In this document: one piece after another, positions 9,982 through 17,493 of the stretch | Numbering within the stretch: position 1 is the first letter of the stretch | Layout: every line of letters begins with the position of its first letter | Assembly (NCBI RefSeq): GCF_025148785.1 | Contig: NZ_CP102271.1 | Coordinates: 77,434-109,433, forward strand | DNA from: Catenibacterium mitsuokai | GTDB taxonomy: Bacteria; Bacillota_I; Bacilli_A; Erysipelotrichales; Coprobacillaceae | Length of the DNA: 32,000 nt | Direction of reading: 5' to 3' | The notes under the pieces: generated by a model | What the model was told of the DNA's origin: nothing | The model's database searches: none | Seen by the model: only the letters and a program-made list of their open reading frames with translations | Made by a program: the position numbers and the translations under genes

Positions 9982-10008
9982 AAGAGAGACTAATCATCTC
10001 TCTTTTTA
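9982..10008 (+). terminator. Rho-independent terminator
   Basis: AAGAGAGA...TCTCTCTT then TTTAT. Confidence 0.7.
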
Positions 10009-10077
10009 TATTTCTGCACTTTCACTAATCCTTTTTTACAACCTAAACATAATTCATTTTCAAATAACCTTCTATGA

Positions 10078-10105
10078 TTGACAAGCGATATGAATTTGGT
10101 AGAAT
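10078..10105 (+). promoter_or_regulatory. Sigma-A promoter for the riboswitch/ATPase transcript
   Basis: TTGACA (10078-10083), 16-nt spacer, TAGAAT (10100-10105). Confidence 0.6.
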
Positions 10106-10113
10106 GAAATTAA

Positions 10114-10208
10114 TTAAAGGGGAGTAGCTCTTACAGAACCGTTCGTCAACACGTTATGTTCAACATAACCGGATTGTTTTGGTCATTTATGATCAGCGAG
10201 ACCTTTAA
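10114..10208 (+). promoter_or_regulatory. yybP-ykoY (manganese-responsive) riboswitch aptamer
   Basis: TTAAAGGGGAGTAGCT...CGTCAACAC...GGTCATTTATGATCAGCGAGACCTTTAA; signature GGGGAGUAGC and AGCGAGACCUUU; P1 pairing 10114-10120 with 10202-10208. Confidence 0.88.
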
Positions 10209-10232
10209 TAAAACGATTGTTTTTATTAAAGG
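10202..10232 (+). promoter_or_regulatory. Putative riboswitch expression platform (SD-sequestering hairpin)
   Basis: CCTTTAATAAAA (10202-10213) is perfectly complementary to TTTTATTAAAGG (10221-10232); the 3' arm overlaps the SD AAAGGAGG and the 5' arm overlaps P1. Confidence 0.75.
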
Positions 10233-10242
10233 AGGAATACAA

Positions 10243-12822
10243 ATGTATAAAAAAACAATTGAAGAAGTAGTAAACTCTTTAGATACAAATATTGAAAAGG
10301 GACTAACTTCTTCTGAAGCAAAGAAGAGACAAGGCATATATGGTACCAATGAACTAGAAAAGCCACAGAAAAGGTCTCTTCTTTTACGTTTTCTAGATCA
10401 ATTCAAGGATGCAATGATTATTATTTTAATTATTGCAGCAGTGATATCTATTGTTGTAGAACCAGGAGACTGGATTGATTCTCTAATTATTGTAATAGTT
10501 GTTATGATGAATGCGATTCTTGGTGTTGTATTAGAGAGTCATGCAGAAAAGAGTCTTGAATCATTACAGGAATTATCTGCACCACAATCAAAGGTATTAA
10601 GAGATGGTGTGAAACAGACTATAGCCTCTAAGGAATTAGTGCCTGGTGATATTATTATTCTTGAAACAGGGGATATGATTCCTAGTGATGCACGTTTAAT
10701 TGAAGCTTATAACTTAAAGGTGGATGAATCAGCCTTAACAGGTGAATCTGTTCCTGTAGAAAAGACAACTGATCCTATTAGTCAGGATGTTGTGATTGGC
10801 GACCAGACAAATATGGTCTTCTCTTCTACAGTAGTCACTTATGGTCGTGGTAAAGCAATAGTGACATCTACTGGTATGAAGAATGAAGTAGGTAAGATTG
10901 CTGGCATGTTGAATGCGAGTGAAAAGGAATTAACACCTTTACAGGTTAAATTAAATGAAATTGGTAAAACAATTGGATTACTTTGTATTGTAATCTGTGT
11001 GATTGTATTTATTCTTGAATCTATTAGCGGTATTAGCTGGTTAGAATCATTTAAGACAGCTGTTGCCTTAGCTGTTGCAGCTGTACCAGAAGGACTTGCA
11101 GCTACTGTTACTATTGTCTTAGCTGTCAGCGTGACTAAGATGGTTAAACAGCATGCCATTATTCGTAAATTACCTGCAGTAGAAACATTGGGTAGTACTT
11201 CTATTGTATGTTCTGATAAGACAGGTACATTAACACAAAATAAGATGACTATCTTAAAGACTTACTTAGATGGTGACGAAGTAAAAGATTTAGAAGAAGC
11301 AGATTCTAAGACTATTGATATGTTGAATGCATTTACTCTATGTTCTGATGCTTCTATTGATGATGGCAAGGTACTAGGTGATCCTACTGAAGTCGCACTC
11401 GTAGAAGCAAGTAAGAAGATGAACTTTGAAAAGAAAGCACTCATGGAAAAGTGTCCACGTGTAGGAGAATTAGCTTTTGATTCTGATCGTAAGATGATGA
11501 GTGTTATTGTGAAGGATGGAGATCGTTATGTGTCTATTACTAAAGGTGGACCTGATGTGATCTTAAATAGATGTCGTGATGTAGATAGTGACCAGGCTAT
11601 GACTGCCAATGATGAAATGGCTAAAGATGCATTAAGAGTTTTAGCTGTGGCAGTGAAGATATATGATACAATGCCTACTCACATTACAGTAGAAGAAATA
11701 GAAAATGATATGGACTTTATTGGGTTTGTAGGTATGATTGACCCAGCTCGTCCAGAAGCCAAAGAAGCCATTAGAGTTGCTAAGCATGCAGGTGTGCGTA
11801 CGATTATGATCACTGGTGACCATAAGACAACAGCCACTGCCATTGCGAAGGATTTAGGTATTTTAAGTGAGGGACAGGAAGTTATTTCTGGTGAAGAATT
11901 ATCTCAGATGTCTCAGGAAGAACTAGAAAAGAATGTAGAAAAATATAGTGTTTATGCACGTGTGGCTCCTGAACATAAAGTAAATATCGTCAAAGCATGG
12001 AAATCAAAGAATAAGATTGTCGCTATGACAGGGGATGGTGTCAATGATGCACCAGCCTTAAAGACTGCAGATATTGGCTGCGCTATGGGTATTACAGGTA
12101 CAGATGTAGCGAAGAATGCTGCTACTATGATCCTAACAGATGACAACTTTGCGACTATTATTCAGTCTATTAAACAGGGTCGTGGTATTTTTGATAATAT
12201 CCAGAAGGATGTACAGTTCTTATTATCAAGTAATATTGGTGAAGTACTTGCAATCTTCTTGGCTTCTATTATTGCGTTAATTAACCCTTCATGGGGATTT
12301 GGTGTTCCACTATTACCTATTCATTTATTATGGATTAACCTAATCACAGATGCTTTACCAGCCTTTGCGATTGGTTTAGAACCCGTTGAAGATGATATCA
12401 TGGATAGAAAACCAAGAGAAAAGGATGAAGGTTTCTTTGCGAATGGCTTAATGGTGAAAGTCATCTGGCAGGGTGTTATGGTAGGTTTACTTACTTTAGT
12501 TTCTTATTCAATTGGTCAGTATTTCAGTAATCATGAATATGCGATGACTATGGCATTTATCACAATGTCAGGCGCTGAATTATGTCATGCTTTTAACGTG
12601 AAGAGTCATCATTCAGTATTTAATAAGCAGGTATTCAACAATAAATATTTATGGGGTGCAACAGCTTTAGGTCTTGTATTACAGTTAGCCATCATCTTTA
12701 CACCTCTTTCTCATTTATTTAGTTTAGTGCCTCTTGATCCATCTCATTTCGCGATTGCAGCATTACTTGCATTCTCAGTTATCCCAATCGTAGAAATCTC
12801 TAAACGTTTCGATAAACGTTAA
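10243..12822 (+). CDS. P2-type cation ATPase (Ca2+/Mn2+ exporter-like)
   Basis: CSDKTGTLTQNKMT, GDPTEVALVEA, MITGDHKTTATAIAKDLGI, MTGDGVNDAPALKTADIG, AVAAVPEGLAA; start corrected from 10156 because that ATG lies inside the riboswitch. Confidence 0.93.
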   Translation: MYKKTIEEVVNSLDTNIEKGLTSSEAKKRQGIYGTNELEKPQKRSLLLRFLDQFKDAMIIILIIAAVISIVVEPGDWIDSLIIVIVVMMNAILGVVLESHAEKSLESLQELSAPQSKVLRDGVKQTIASKELVPGDIIILETGDMIPSDARLIEAYNLKVDESALTGESVPVEKTTDPISQDVVIGDQTNMVFSSTVVTYGRGKAIVTSTGMKNEVGKIAGMLNASEKELTPLQVKLNEIGKTIGLLCIVICVIVFILESISGISWLESFKTAVALAVAAVPEGLAATVTIVLAVSVTKMVKQHAIIRKLPAVETLGSTSIVCSDKTGTLTQNKMTILKTYLDGDEVKDLEEADSKTIDMLNAFTLCSDASIDDGKVLGDPTEVALVEASKKMNFEKKALMEKCPRVGELAFDSDRKMMSVIVKDGDRYVSITKGGPDVILNRCRDVDSDQAMTANDEMAKDALRVLAVAVKIYDTMPTHITVEEIENDMDFIGFVGMIDPARPEAKEAIRVAKHAGVRTIMITGDHKTTATAIAKDLGILSEGQEVISGEELSQMSQEELEKNVEKYSVYARVAPEHKVNIVKAWKSKNKIVAMTGDGVNDAPALKTADIGCAMGITGTDVAKNAATMILTDDNFATIIQSIKQGRGIFDNIQKDVQFLLSSNIGEVLAIFLASIIALINPSWGFGVPLLPIHLLWINLITDALPAFAIGLEPVEDDIMDRKPREKDEGFFANGLMVKVIWQGVMVGLLTLVSYSIGQYFSNHEYAMTMAFITMSGAELCHAFNVKSHHSVFNKQVFNNKYLWGATALGLVLQLAIIFTPLSHLFSLVPLDPSHFAIAALLAFSVIPIVEISKRFDKR

Positions 12823-12848
12823 CACCTGCATTGCAGGTGTTTTTTTTA
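12823..12848 (+). terminator. Rho-independent terminator after the ATPase
   Basis: CACCTGCATTGCAGGTG followed by TTTTTTT. Confidence 0.85.
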
Positions 12849-12857
12849 CTATTTCTA

Positions 12858-12886
12858 TTGCATTTATCTAATGAGAGTAGTATTAT
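12858..12886 (+). promoter_or_regulatory. Putative sigma-A promoter with no ORF downstream on this strand
   Basis: TTGCAT (12858-12863), 17-nt spacer, TATTAT (12881-12886). Confidence 0.5.
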
Positions 12887-12890
12887 TTAG

Positions 12891-12904
12891 TTAGTAAAGG
12901 CTAA
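12891..12904 (+). promoter_or_regulatory. DtxR-family-like operator (site 0)
   Basis: TTAGTAAAGGCTAA, of TTAG-N6-CTAA form, at the predicted transcription start; 13/14 identical to the site at 13482-13495. Confidence 0.5.
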
Positions 12905-13002
12905 CCTCCTTTACTAAACACAACATATCCTTTCATATTCTCAGTTCCTTAAAACAGAGGACATAAAAAAATCACAGGACGGCACACACCTGTGATTTTT
13001 TT
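12893..13002 (+). ncRNA. Candidate metal-regulated small RNA
   Basis: Promoter 12858-12886, intrinsic terminator 12965-13002, no ATG-started ORF, 5' hairpin around CCTCCTTTACTAA (anti-SD-like). Confidence 0.4.
12965..13002. terminator. Bidirectional Rho-independent terminator
   Basis: AAAAAAATCACAGG-ACGGCACACA-CCTGTGATTTTTTT. Confidence 0.85.
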
Positions 13003-13004
13003 AT

Positions 13005-13376
13005 TTAGATCTTATTTTTAAAATAAGCTTTTAATGCTTCAAAAGTTTCTGGTGAAATATAATGTTCGATACGACATGCATCCTGTGAAGCAGTAGACTC
13101 ACTGACTCCAATATGAACTAGGATATTTCTTAATTCAGTATGTCTTTCAAATATCATATTCGCAATCTTAGCACCAGCTTCTGTTAATGTGATGGCACCA
13201 TCTTCATCCATGTTGATGAGTTCCTTCTCTTTTAATCTTTTCATCTGTTGTGAAATAGTAGGTTTAGAGAAATTCATTTCACGGGCGATATCAATGGAAC
13301 GCACATGTCCTTTCTTTTTCTGAATAACTAATATAGTTTCTAAGTACATCTCTGTTGATTCACTCATTTTATTCAC
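13005..13376 (-). CDS. DtxR/MntR-family metal-dependent transcriptional regulator
   Basis: MSESTEMYLETILVIQKKKGHVRSIDIAREMNFSKPTISQQMKRLKEKELINMDEDGAITLTEAGAKIANMIFERHTEL...EHYIS; GAGGTGA SD. Confidence 0.88.
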   Translation of the reverse strand: MNKMSESTEMYLETILVIQKKKGHVRSIDIAREMNFSKPTISQQMKRLKEKELINMDEDGAITLTEAGAKIANMIFERHTELRNILVHIGVSESTASQDACRIEHYISPETFEALKAYFKNKI

Positions 13377-13420
13377 CTCATTTTCATCATTATAGCATAA
13401 AAATTCAAATAATGAAAAAG

Positions 13421-13434
13421 TTAGGCTTTACTAA
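13421..13434 (+). promoter_or_regulatory. DtxR-family-like operator (site 1)
   Basis: TTAGGCTTTACTAA; lies upstream of the feo -35 and between the two divergent genes. Confidence 0.6.
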
Positions 13435-13442
13435 TATTTTTG

Positions 13443-13471
13443 TTGACATATAAAAATAGTAAGGCTATACT
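13443..13471 (+). promoter_or_regulatory. Sigma-A promoter of the feo operon
   Basis: TTGACA (13443-13448), 17-nt spacer, TATACT (13466-13471). Confidence 0.75.
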
Positions 13472-13473
13472 AA
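13460..13473 (+). promoter_or_regulatory. DtxR-family-like operator (site 2) overlapping the -10
   Basis: TAAGGCTATACTAA; 12/14 identical to site 1. Confidence 0.55.
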
Positions 13474-13481
13474 CAATGAAG

Positions 13482-13495
13482 TTAGAAAAGGCTAA
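13482..13495 (+). promoter_or_regulatory. DtxR-family-like operator (site 3)
   Basis: TTAGAAAAGGCTAA. Confidence 0.5.
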
Positions 13496-13509
13496 TTAGT
13501 TTAGTCTAA
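13496..13509 (+). promoter_or_regulatory. DtxR-family-like operator (site 4), abutting site 3
   Basis: TTAGTTTAGTCTAA. Confidence 0.45.
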
Positions 13510-13530
13510 TCATCTGAGGAGGCGGAGTAT

Positions 13531-13740
13531 ATGCCAATTAGTATGGCAAATCCTGGAGATACAGTCATTATTAGACGTATTACAGGAACTGATAAAGTAA
13601 AGAATCATCTAGCAGAACTTGGTTTTGTGGTAGATGGTGAAGTGACTATTATCAGTAAAGTGGATAACGGAATTATTTGTAATGTGAAAGGTAGTAGGAT
13701 TGCGCTTTCTGAACAGATGGCGAATCGTATATTGTTTTAA
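13531..13740 (+). CDS. feoA: FeoA-domain protein
   Basis: PGDTVIIRRITGTDKVKNHLAELGFVVDGEVTIISKVDNGIICNVKGSRIALSEQMANRI. Confidence 0.85.
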   Translation: MPISMANPGDTVIIRRITGTDKVKNHLAELGFVVDGEVTIISKVDNGIICNVKGSRIALSEQMANRILF

Positions 13741-13752
13741 GGGAGGAGTATC

Positions 13753-13974
13753 ATGAACTTAAAAGAAGTAAAAGTGGGCGAAACAGTAACTATTAAAAAA
13801 GTAACTGGTACAGGTCCAGTAAAAAGAAGAATTATGGATATGGGTTTAACTAAAGGACAGAATGTTTATGTAAGAAAAGTTGCACCTTTAGGAGATCCAG
13901 TAGAAATTACAGTACGTGGTTATGAATTATCTTTGCGTAAAGCAGATGCGCAGATGATTGAAGTGGAGGAATAG
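13753..13974 (+). CDS. feoA: FeoA-domain protein (second copy)
   Basis: MNLKEVKVGETVTIKKVTGTGPVKRRIMDMGLTKGQNVYVRKVAPLGDPVEITVRGYELSLRKADA. Confidence 0.9.
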   Translation: MNLKEVKVGETVTIKKVTGTGPVKRRIMDMGLTKGQNVYVRKVAPLGDPVEITVRGYELSLRKADAQMIEVEE

Positions 13975-13976
13975 TT

Positions 13977-16100
13977 ATGAAGATAGCGTTAGCGGGTAAC
14001 CCTAACTCTGGTAAAACAACGTTATTCAATGCACTGACTGGTAGTACTCAGTATGTTGGTAACTGGCCAGGGGTTACAGTTGAAAAGAAAGATGGGAAAC
14101 TAAAAGGTCATAAAGATGTGACTATCCAGGATTTACCTGGTATTTATTCATTATCTCCTTATACACTTGAAGAAGTTGTTACAAGAAGATATTTGATTAA
14201 TGAAACACCTGATGCAATCATTAATATCATTGATGGAACTAACCTAGAAAGAAACCTATATTTAACAACTCAGTTAGCTGAATTAGGTATTCCTATGGTT
14301 TTAGCTGTCAACATGTATGATATCATTGAAAAGAAGGGTGATAAGATTGACTTAGATCAGTTAGGTCAGTTATTTGGTTGTAAAGCAATGACTTTATCAG
14401 CATTAAAGGATAAAGGTACTCAGGAAGTGGCTGAAGAAGCAATTAAACTTGCACATAACCATAAGGTATCAGAACATCCTCATGTATTTGAGGGTTCTGT
14501 AGAACATGCTTTAGCACATATTGAAGAATCAATTGAAAACAAAGTAGATGCATCTAAGTTAAGATGGTTTGCGGTTAAGGTATTTGAAAGAGATGAAAAG
14601 GTATTGGCTGAACTTAAATTAGATCAGGCAGTATTAAATGAAATCGAAGGTCATATTGCGGATTGTGAAAATGAAATGGATGATGATTCAGAATCTATTA
14701 TCACAAACCAGAGATATACTTTTATTAAGAATTCTATTAATAAGGTTCTTACAAAGAAGAATCCACATCAGACATTATCTACATCAGATAAGATTGATAA
14801 GATTGTCACTAACAGATTCTTAGCTTTACCAATCTTTGTATTAATTATGTGGTTTGTTTATTACATCTCAGTATCTACAGTAGGTGACTGGATGACTAGC
14901 TGGGTGAATGATGTATTATTTACTGAAATCATTCCACCTGCAGTAGAAACTTTCCTTAAATCAATTGGTTGTGCAGCTCCATTAATCAGCTTAATCAATG
15001 ATGGTATTATTGCTGGTGTTGGTACAGTATTAGGTTTCGTACCACAGATGGCACTTATCTTCTTATTCTTAGCTATTCTTGAAGATTCAGGATATATGGC
15101 AAGAATTGCATTCATTATGGATAGACTATTACGTAAATTCGGTTTATCTGGTAAATCATTTATCCCTATCTTAATTGGTACAGGATGTGGTGTTCCAGCC
15201 GTTATGGGTACACGTACTATTGAAAATGAATCAGATAGAAGAATGACTATTATGTTATGTACATTTATTCCTTGTGGTGCGAAGACTGTTATTATTGGTA
15301 TGATCACTTCAGCATTCTTCCCAGGCAACATTTGGATTGCGCCAGCAATGTATTTCTTAGGTATTTTAGTTATTATCTTATCAGGTATCGCATTAAAGAA
15401 GACTCGTTTCTTTGCAGGTGATCCAGCACCATTCGTAATGGAATTACCAGCATACCATATTCCTACATTAAGAGGTGTATTCATCCATGTTTGGGAACGT
15501 GCAAAAGCATTCATGATTAAAGCAGGTACTATTATCTTTAGTATTTGTATCATAGTATGGTTATTATCTACATTTAACTTCTCATTCCAGATGGTTGAAG
15601 TTGAAAACTCAATGTTAGCATCTATTGGTCATGTATTTGCAACTTTATTCGCACCAGTAGGTATTGAAAACTGGAAAGGTTCAGTAGCTGTTATTTCAGC
15701 ATTAGCTGCTAAGGAACAGGCTATTTCTACTATCTCTATCTTAAATCACATGGGTGATGCAGATTCAGGTGCGAAGGCAATTCATGCTATGGTGAATACT
15801 TTCTCTGCAATGGGTGGTTTCTCATTCATGATCTTGAACTTATTCGATCCACCATGCATTGCCGCTATTGGTACAATCATGAGAGAAATGGGTTCTAAGT
15901 TCTGGGGATGGTTCGCCGTATTATATCAGATGGTATTAGGTTATGTATTAGCTATGATCACTTATCAGTTGGGTTCATGGTTATTCTATGGTGCAACATT
16001 CGGATTAGGTCAGATTCTATCAATCGTATGTATTTTAGTAATGATCTACTTCATTGTAAGACCAGCACCTAAACCAGAATTAAAGACACAGAGAGCTTAA
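13977..16100 (+). CDS. feoB: Ferrous iron transport protein B
   Basis: GNPNSGKTTLFNALTGSTQYVGNWPGVTVEKKDG, DLPGIYSLSPYTLEE, C-terminal FeoB permease gates (IGTGCGVPAVMGTRTIE, CTFIPCGAK). Confidence 0.96.
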   Translation: MKIALAGNPNSGKTTLFNALTGSTQYVGNWPGVTVEKKDGKLKGHKDVTIQDLPGIYSLSPYTLEEVVTRRYLINETPDAIINIIDGTNLERNLYLTTQLAELGIPMVLAVNMYDIIEKKGDKIDLDQLGQLFGCKAMTLSALKDKGTQEVAEEAIKLAHNHKVSEHPHVFEGSVEHALAHIEESIENKVDASKLRWFAVKVFERDEKVLAELKLDQAVLNEIEGHIADCENEMDDDSESIITNQRYTFIKNSINKVLTKKNPHQTLSTSDKIDKIVTNRFLALPIFVLIMWFVYYISVSTVGDWMTSWVNDVLFTEIIPPAVETFLKSIGCAAPLISLINDGIIAGVGTVLGFVPQMALIFLFLAILEDSGYMARIAFIMDRLLRKFGLSGKSFIPILIGTGCGVPAVMGTRTIENESDRRMTIMLCTFIPCGAKTVIIGMITSAFFPGNIWIAPAMYFLGILVIILSGIALKKTRFFAGDPAPFVMELPAYHIPTLRGVFIHVWERAKAFMIKAGTIIFSICIIVWLLSTFNFSFQMVEVENSMLASIGHVFATLFAPVGIENWKGSVAVISALAAKEQAISTISILNHMGDADSGAKAIHAMVNTFSAMGGFSFMILNLFDPPCIAAIGTIMREMGSKFWGWFAVLYQMVLGYVLAMITYQLGSWLFYGATFGLGQILSIVCILVMIYFIVRPAPKPELKTQRA

Positions 16101-16106
16101 TCAATT

Positions 16107-16454
16107 ATGGGTAACATCATAGTTGCGGCTATTATTGTTGTGTTGCTCATTATAGGTGTTCTTCACTACAAGAAGACATTACAGTCAGGATGTTGTGGTG
16201 AACACGATCAAATAAAGAAAATAGGTACGGGGGATAAGGATAAAAATCTTTATCCCTATCGTACTACTCTTCATATTGACGATATGTTCTGCAAGAACTG
16301 TGCAGCAACAATAGAAAACGCATTTAATCAACATAAAGAATATCTAGCATCAGTAAACATGAATAAGAAAGAAATCACTATTCTTTCTATGAATCAACCT
16401 GATCTAGAAATATATAAACAGATGATCATCAAACTTGGTTATACTCCAAGATAA
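16107..16454 (+). CDS. Small membrane-anchored protein with heavy-metal-associated (HMA)-like domain
   Basis: N-terminal TM, GCC motif, then YPYRTTLHIDDMFCKNCAATIENAFNQHKEYLASVNMNKKEITILS. Confidence 0.7.
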   Translation: MGNIIVAAIIVVLLIIGVLHYKKTLQSGCCGEHDQIKKIGTGDKDKNLYPYRTTLHIDDMFCKNCAATIENAFNQHKEYLASVNMNKKEITILSMNQPDLEIYKQMIIKLGYTPR

Positions 16455-16483
16455 ATGTATAATAGAAGCAAGGAGGAGATAGT

Positions 16484-16675
16484 ATGGGTACAATTATAGT
16501 AAGTATTTTATTAGTTATCTGGATTTGTCTTGTCCTTAGAACTATATATAAAAATAAGAAAAAAGGCATAGGTGTATGTGGACATAATTGTAATACATGT
16601 GGCACAAATGATCTATGTCATGCTGATCTCTATAAAATGTATCGTGAAGAGATGCGTAAAGAAGGGCACGCTTAG
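16484..16675 (+). CDS. FeoB-associated Cys-rich membrane protein-like
   Basis: N-terminal TM followed by GIGVCGHNCNTCGTNDLCHADLYKMY; last gene of the feo operon. Confidence 0.65.
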   Translation: MGTIIVSILLVIWICLVLRTIYKNKKKGIGVCGHNCNTCGTNDLCHADLYKMYREEMRKEGHA

Positions 16676-16692
16676 TGTTCTTCTTTTTTTTA
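16661..16692 (+). terminator. Rho-independent terminator of the feo operon
   Basis: GAAGGGCAC-GCTTA-GTGTTCTTC (two G-U pairs) then TTTTTTT. Confidence 0.7.
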
Positions 16693-16777
16693 GTTTGAGC
16701 ATATTCATTGAATTATATCTCAAAAGGACTATAGTATAAGTAGTAATAATTACTATATACTAAAGGAGGATCATAAT

Positions 16778-16894
16778 ATGAAATGGGTATGTAAAGTATG
16801 TGGATATGTGTATGAAGGTGATGAATTACCTGAAGATTATGTATGTCCAGTATGTGGTGTAGGACCAGAAGAATTTGAAAAAGTAGAAGAATAA
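16778..16894 (+). CDS. Rubredoxin (38 aa), absent from the supplied ORF track
   Basis: ATG with TAAAGGAGG SD; [38 protein letters not shown], with two CxxC motifs. Confidence 0.92.
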   Translation: MKWVCKVCGYVYEGDELPEDYVCPVCGVGPEEFEKVEE

Positions 16895-16990
16895 TATAAT
16901 CATTTTTCAAAGCAAAAAAGGCTGTAACGTTTAAGGTTTAAAATGGACCCTGTAAAAAGGACACGATAAAAAAGGATATTTATTTCGTGA

Positions 16991-17014
16991 CCCTGTTTTA
17001 CAGGGTTTTTATTT
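16991..17014 (+). terminator. Inward-reading terminator near the left end of the IS3 element
   Basis: CCCTG-TTTTA-CAGGG-TTTTTATTTT. Confidence 0.65.
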
Positions 17015-17050
17015 TGCATAGTATAATGATTATAGAATGGTGGTGTTATT

Positions 17051-17479
17051 ATGGGAGTAAACTATTTTAGTGATGAACAAGTAAAGGAACTCGAAAAGAA
17101 TCCATATGTAAAGAAAGTATCTATCAAAAGCATAACCTATTCAGAAAAATTCAAAGAACTCTTCTGGATTGATTTACAGAAAGGCATGATGCCTGGAAAC
17201 ATATTTAGAAAGTATGGATTTGATCCTCATATGTTAGGATCTAGTCGAACTCCCAAGTTCACAGATCGTGTAAGGAAAGAAGCAGCAAGGGAAGAAGGAT
17301 TCAAGGATACCAGAGGCACAAAATCCGGAAGACCTTCTACAAAGAATCTTACCATTGAGGAACAGCTAGAAAGGCTTAAGCAGAAAAATAAAATTCTCCA
17401 GCAGGAGAACGATTTTTTAAAAAGAGTGAGATTTATCAACAGAAAGCAAATATTAAAACTGCAGAAGGGCAAACAATAA
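17051..17479 (+). CDS. IS3-family OrfA (HTH/leucine-zipper protein)
   Basis: YSEKFKELFWIDLQKGMMPGNIFRKYGFDP...LTIEEQLERLKQKNKILQQENDFLKR. Confidence 0.85.
   Translation: MGVNYFSDEQVKELEKNPYVKKVSIKSITYSEKFKELFWIDLQKGMMPGNIFRKYGFDPHMLGSSRTPKFTDRVRKEAAREEGFKDTRGTKSGRPSTKNLTIEEQLERLKQKNKILQQENDFLKRVRFINRKQILKLQKGKQ
17416..17422 (+). promoter_or_regulatory. Candidate -1 frameshift heptamer T_TTA_AAA
   Basis: In-phase with OrfA codons TTT TTA AAA; the -1 frame is open from here into OrfB (KKSEIYQQKANIKTAEGQTIREKYKMIDRT). Confidence 0.5.
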
Positions 17480-17493
17480 GAGAAAAATATAAA

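Noticed and set aside
10156-10242. 29-codon N-terminal extension of the P-type ATPase given by the ORF track
   Set aside because: It lies within the yybP-ykoY riboswitch aptamer and has no SD; ATG 10243 has an ideal SD.
14861-15553. 230-aa minus-strand ORF opposite feoB
   Set aside because: Shadow ORF of a highly conserved coding sequence; hydrophobic/low-complexity pattern without SD. The same reasoning applies to 3203-3607, 3743-4012, 4211-4717, 10839-11159 and other antisense ORFs.
17227-17472. Minus-strand 81-aa ORF opposite IS3 orfA (and 18152-18403 opposite orfB)
   Set aside because: Cysteine/serine/phenylalanine-rich antisense translation of a Lys/Glu-rich gene; no SD.
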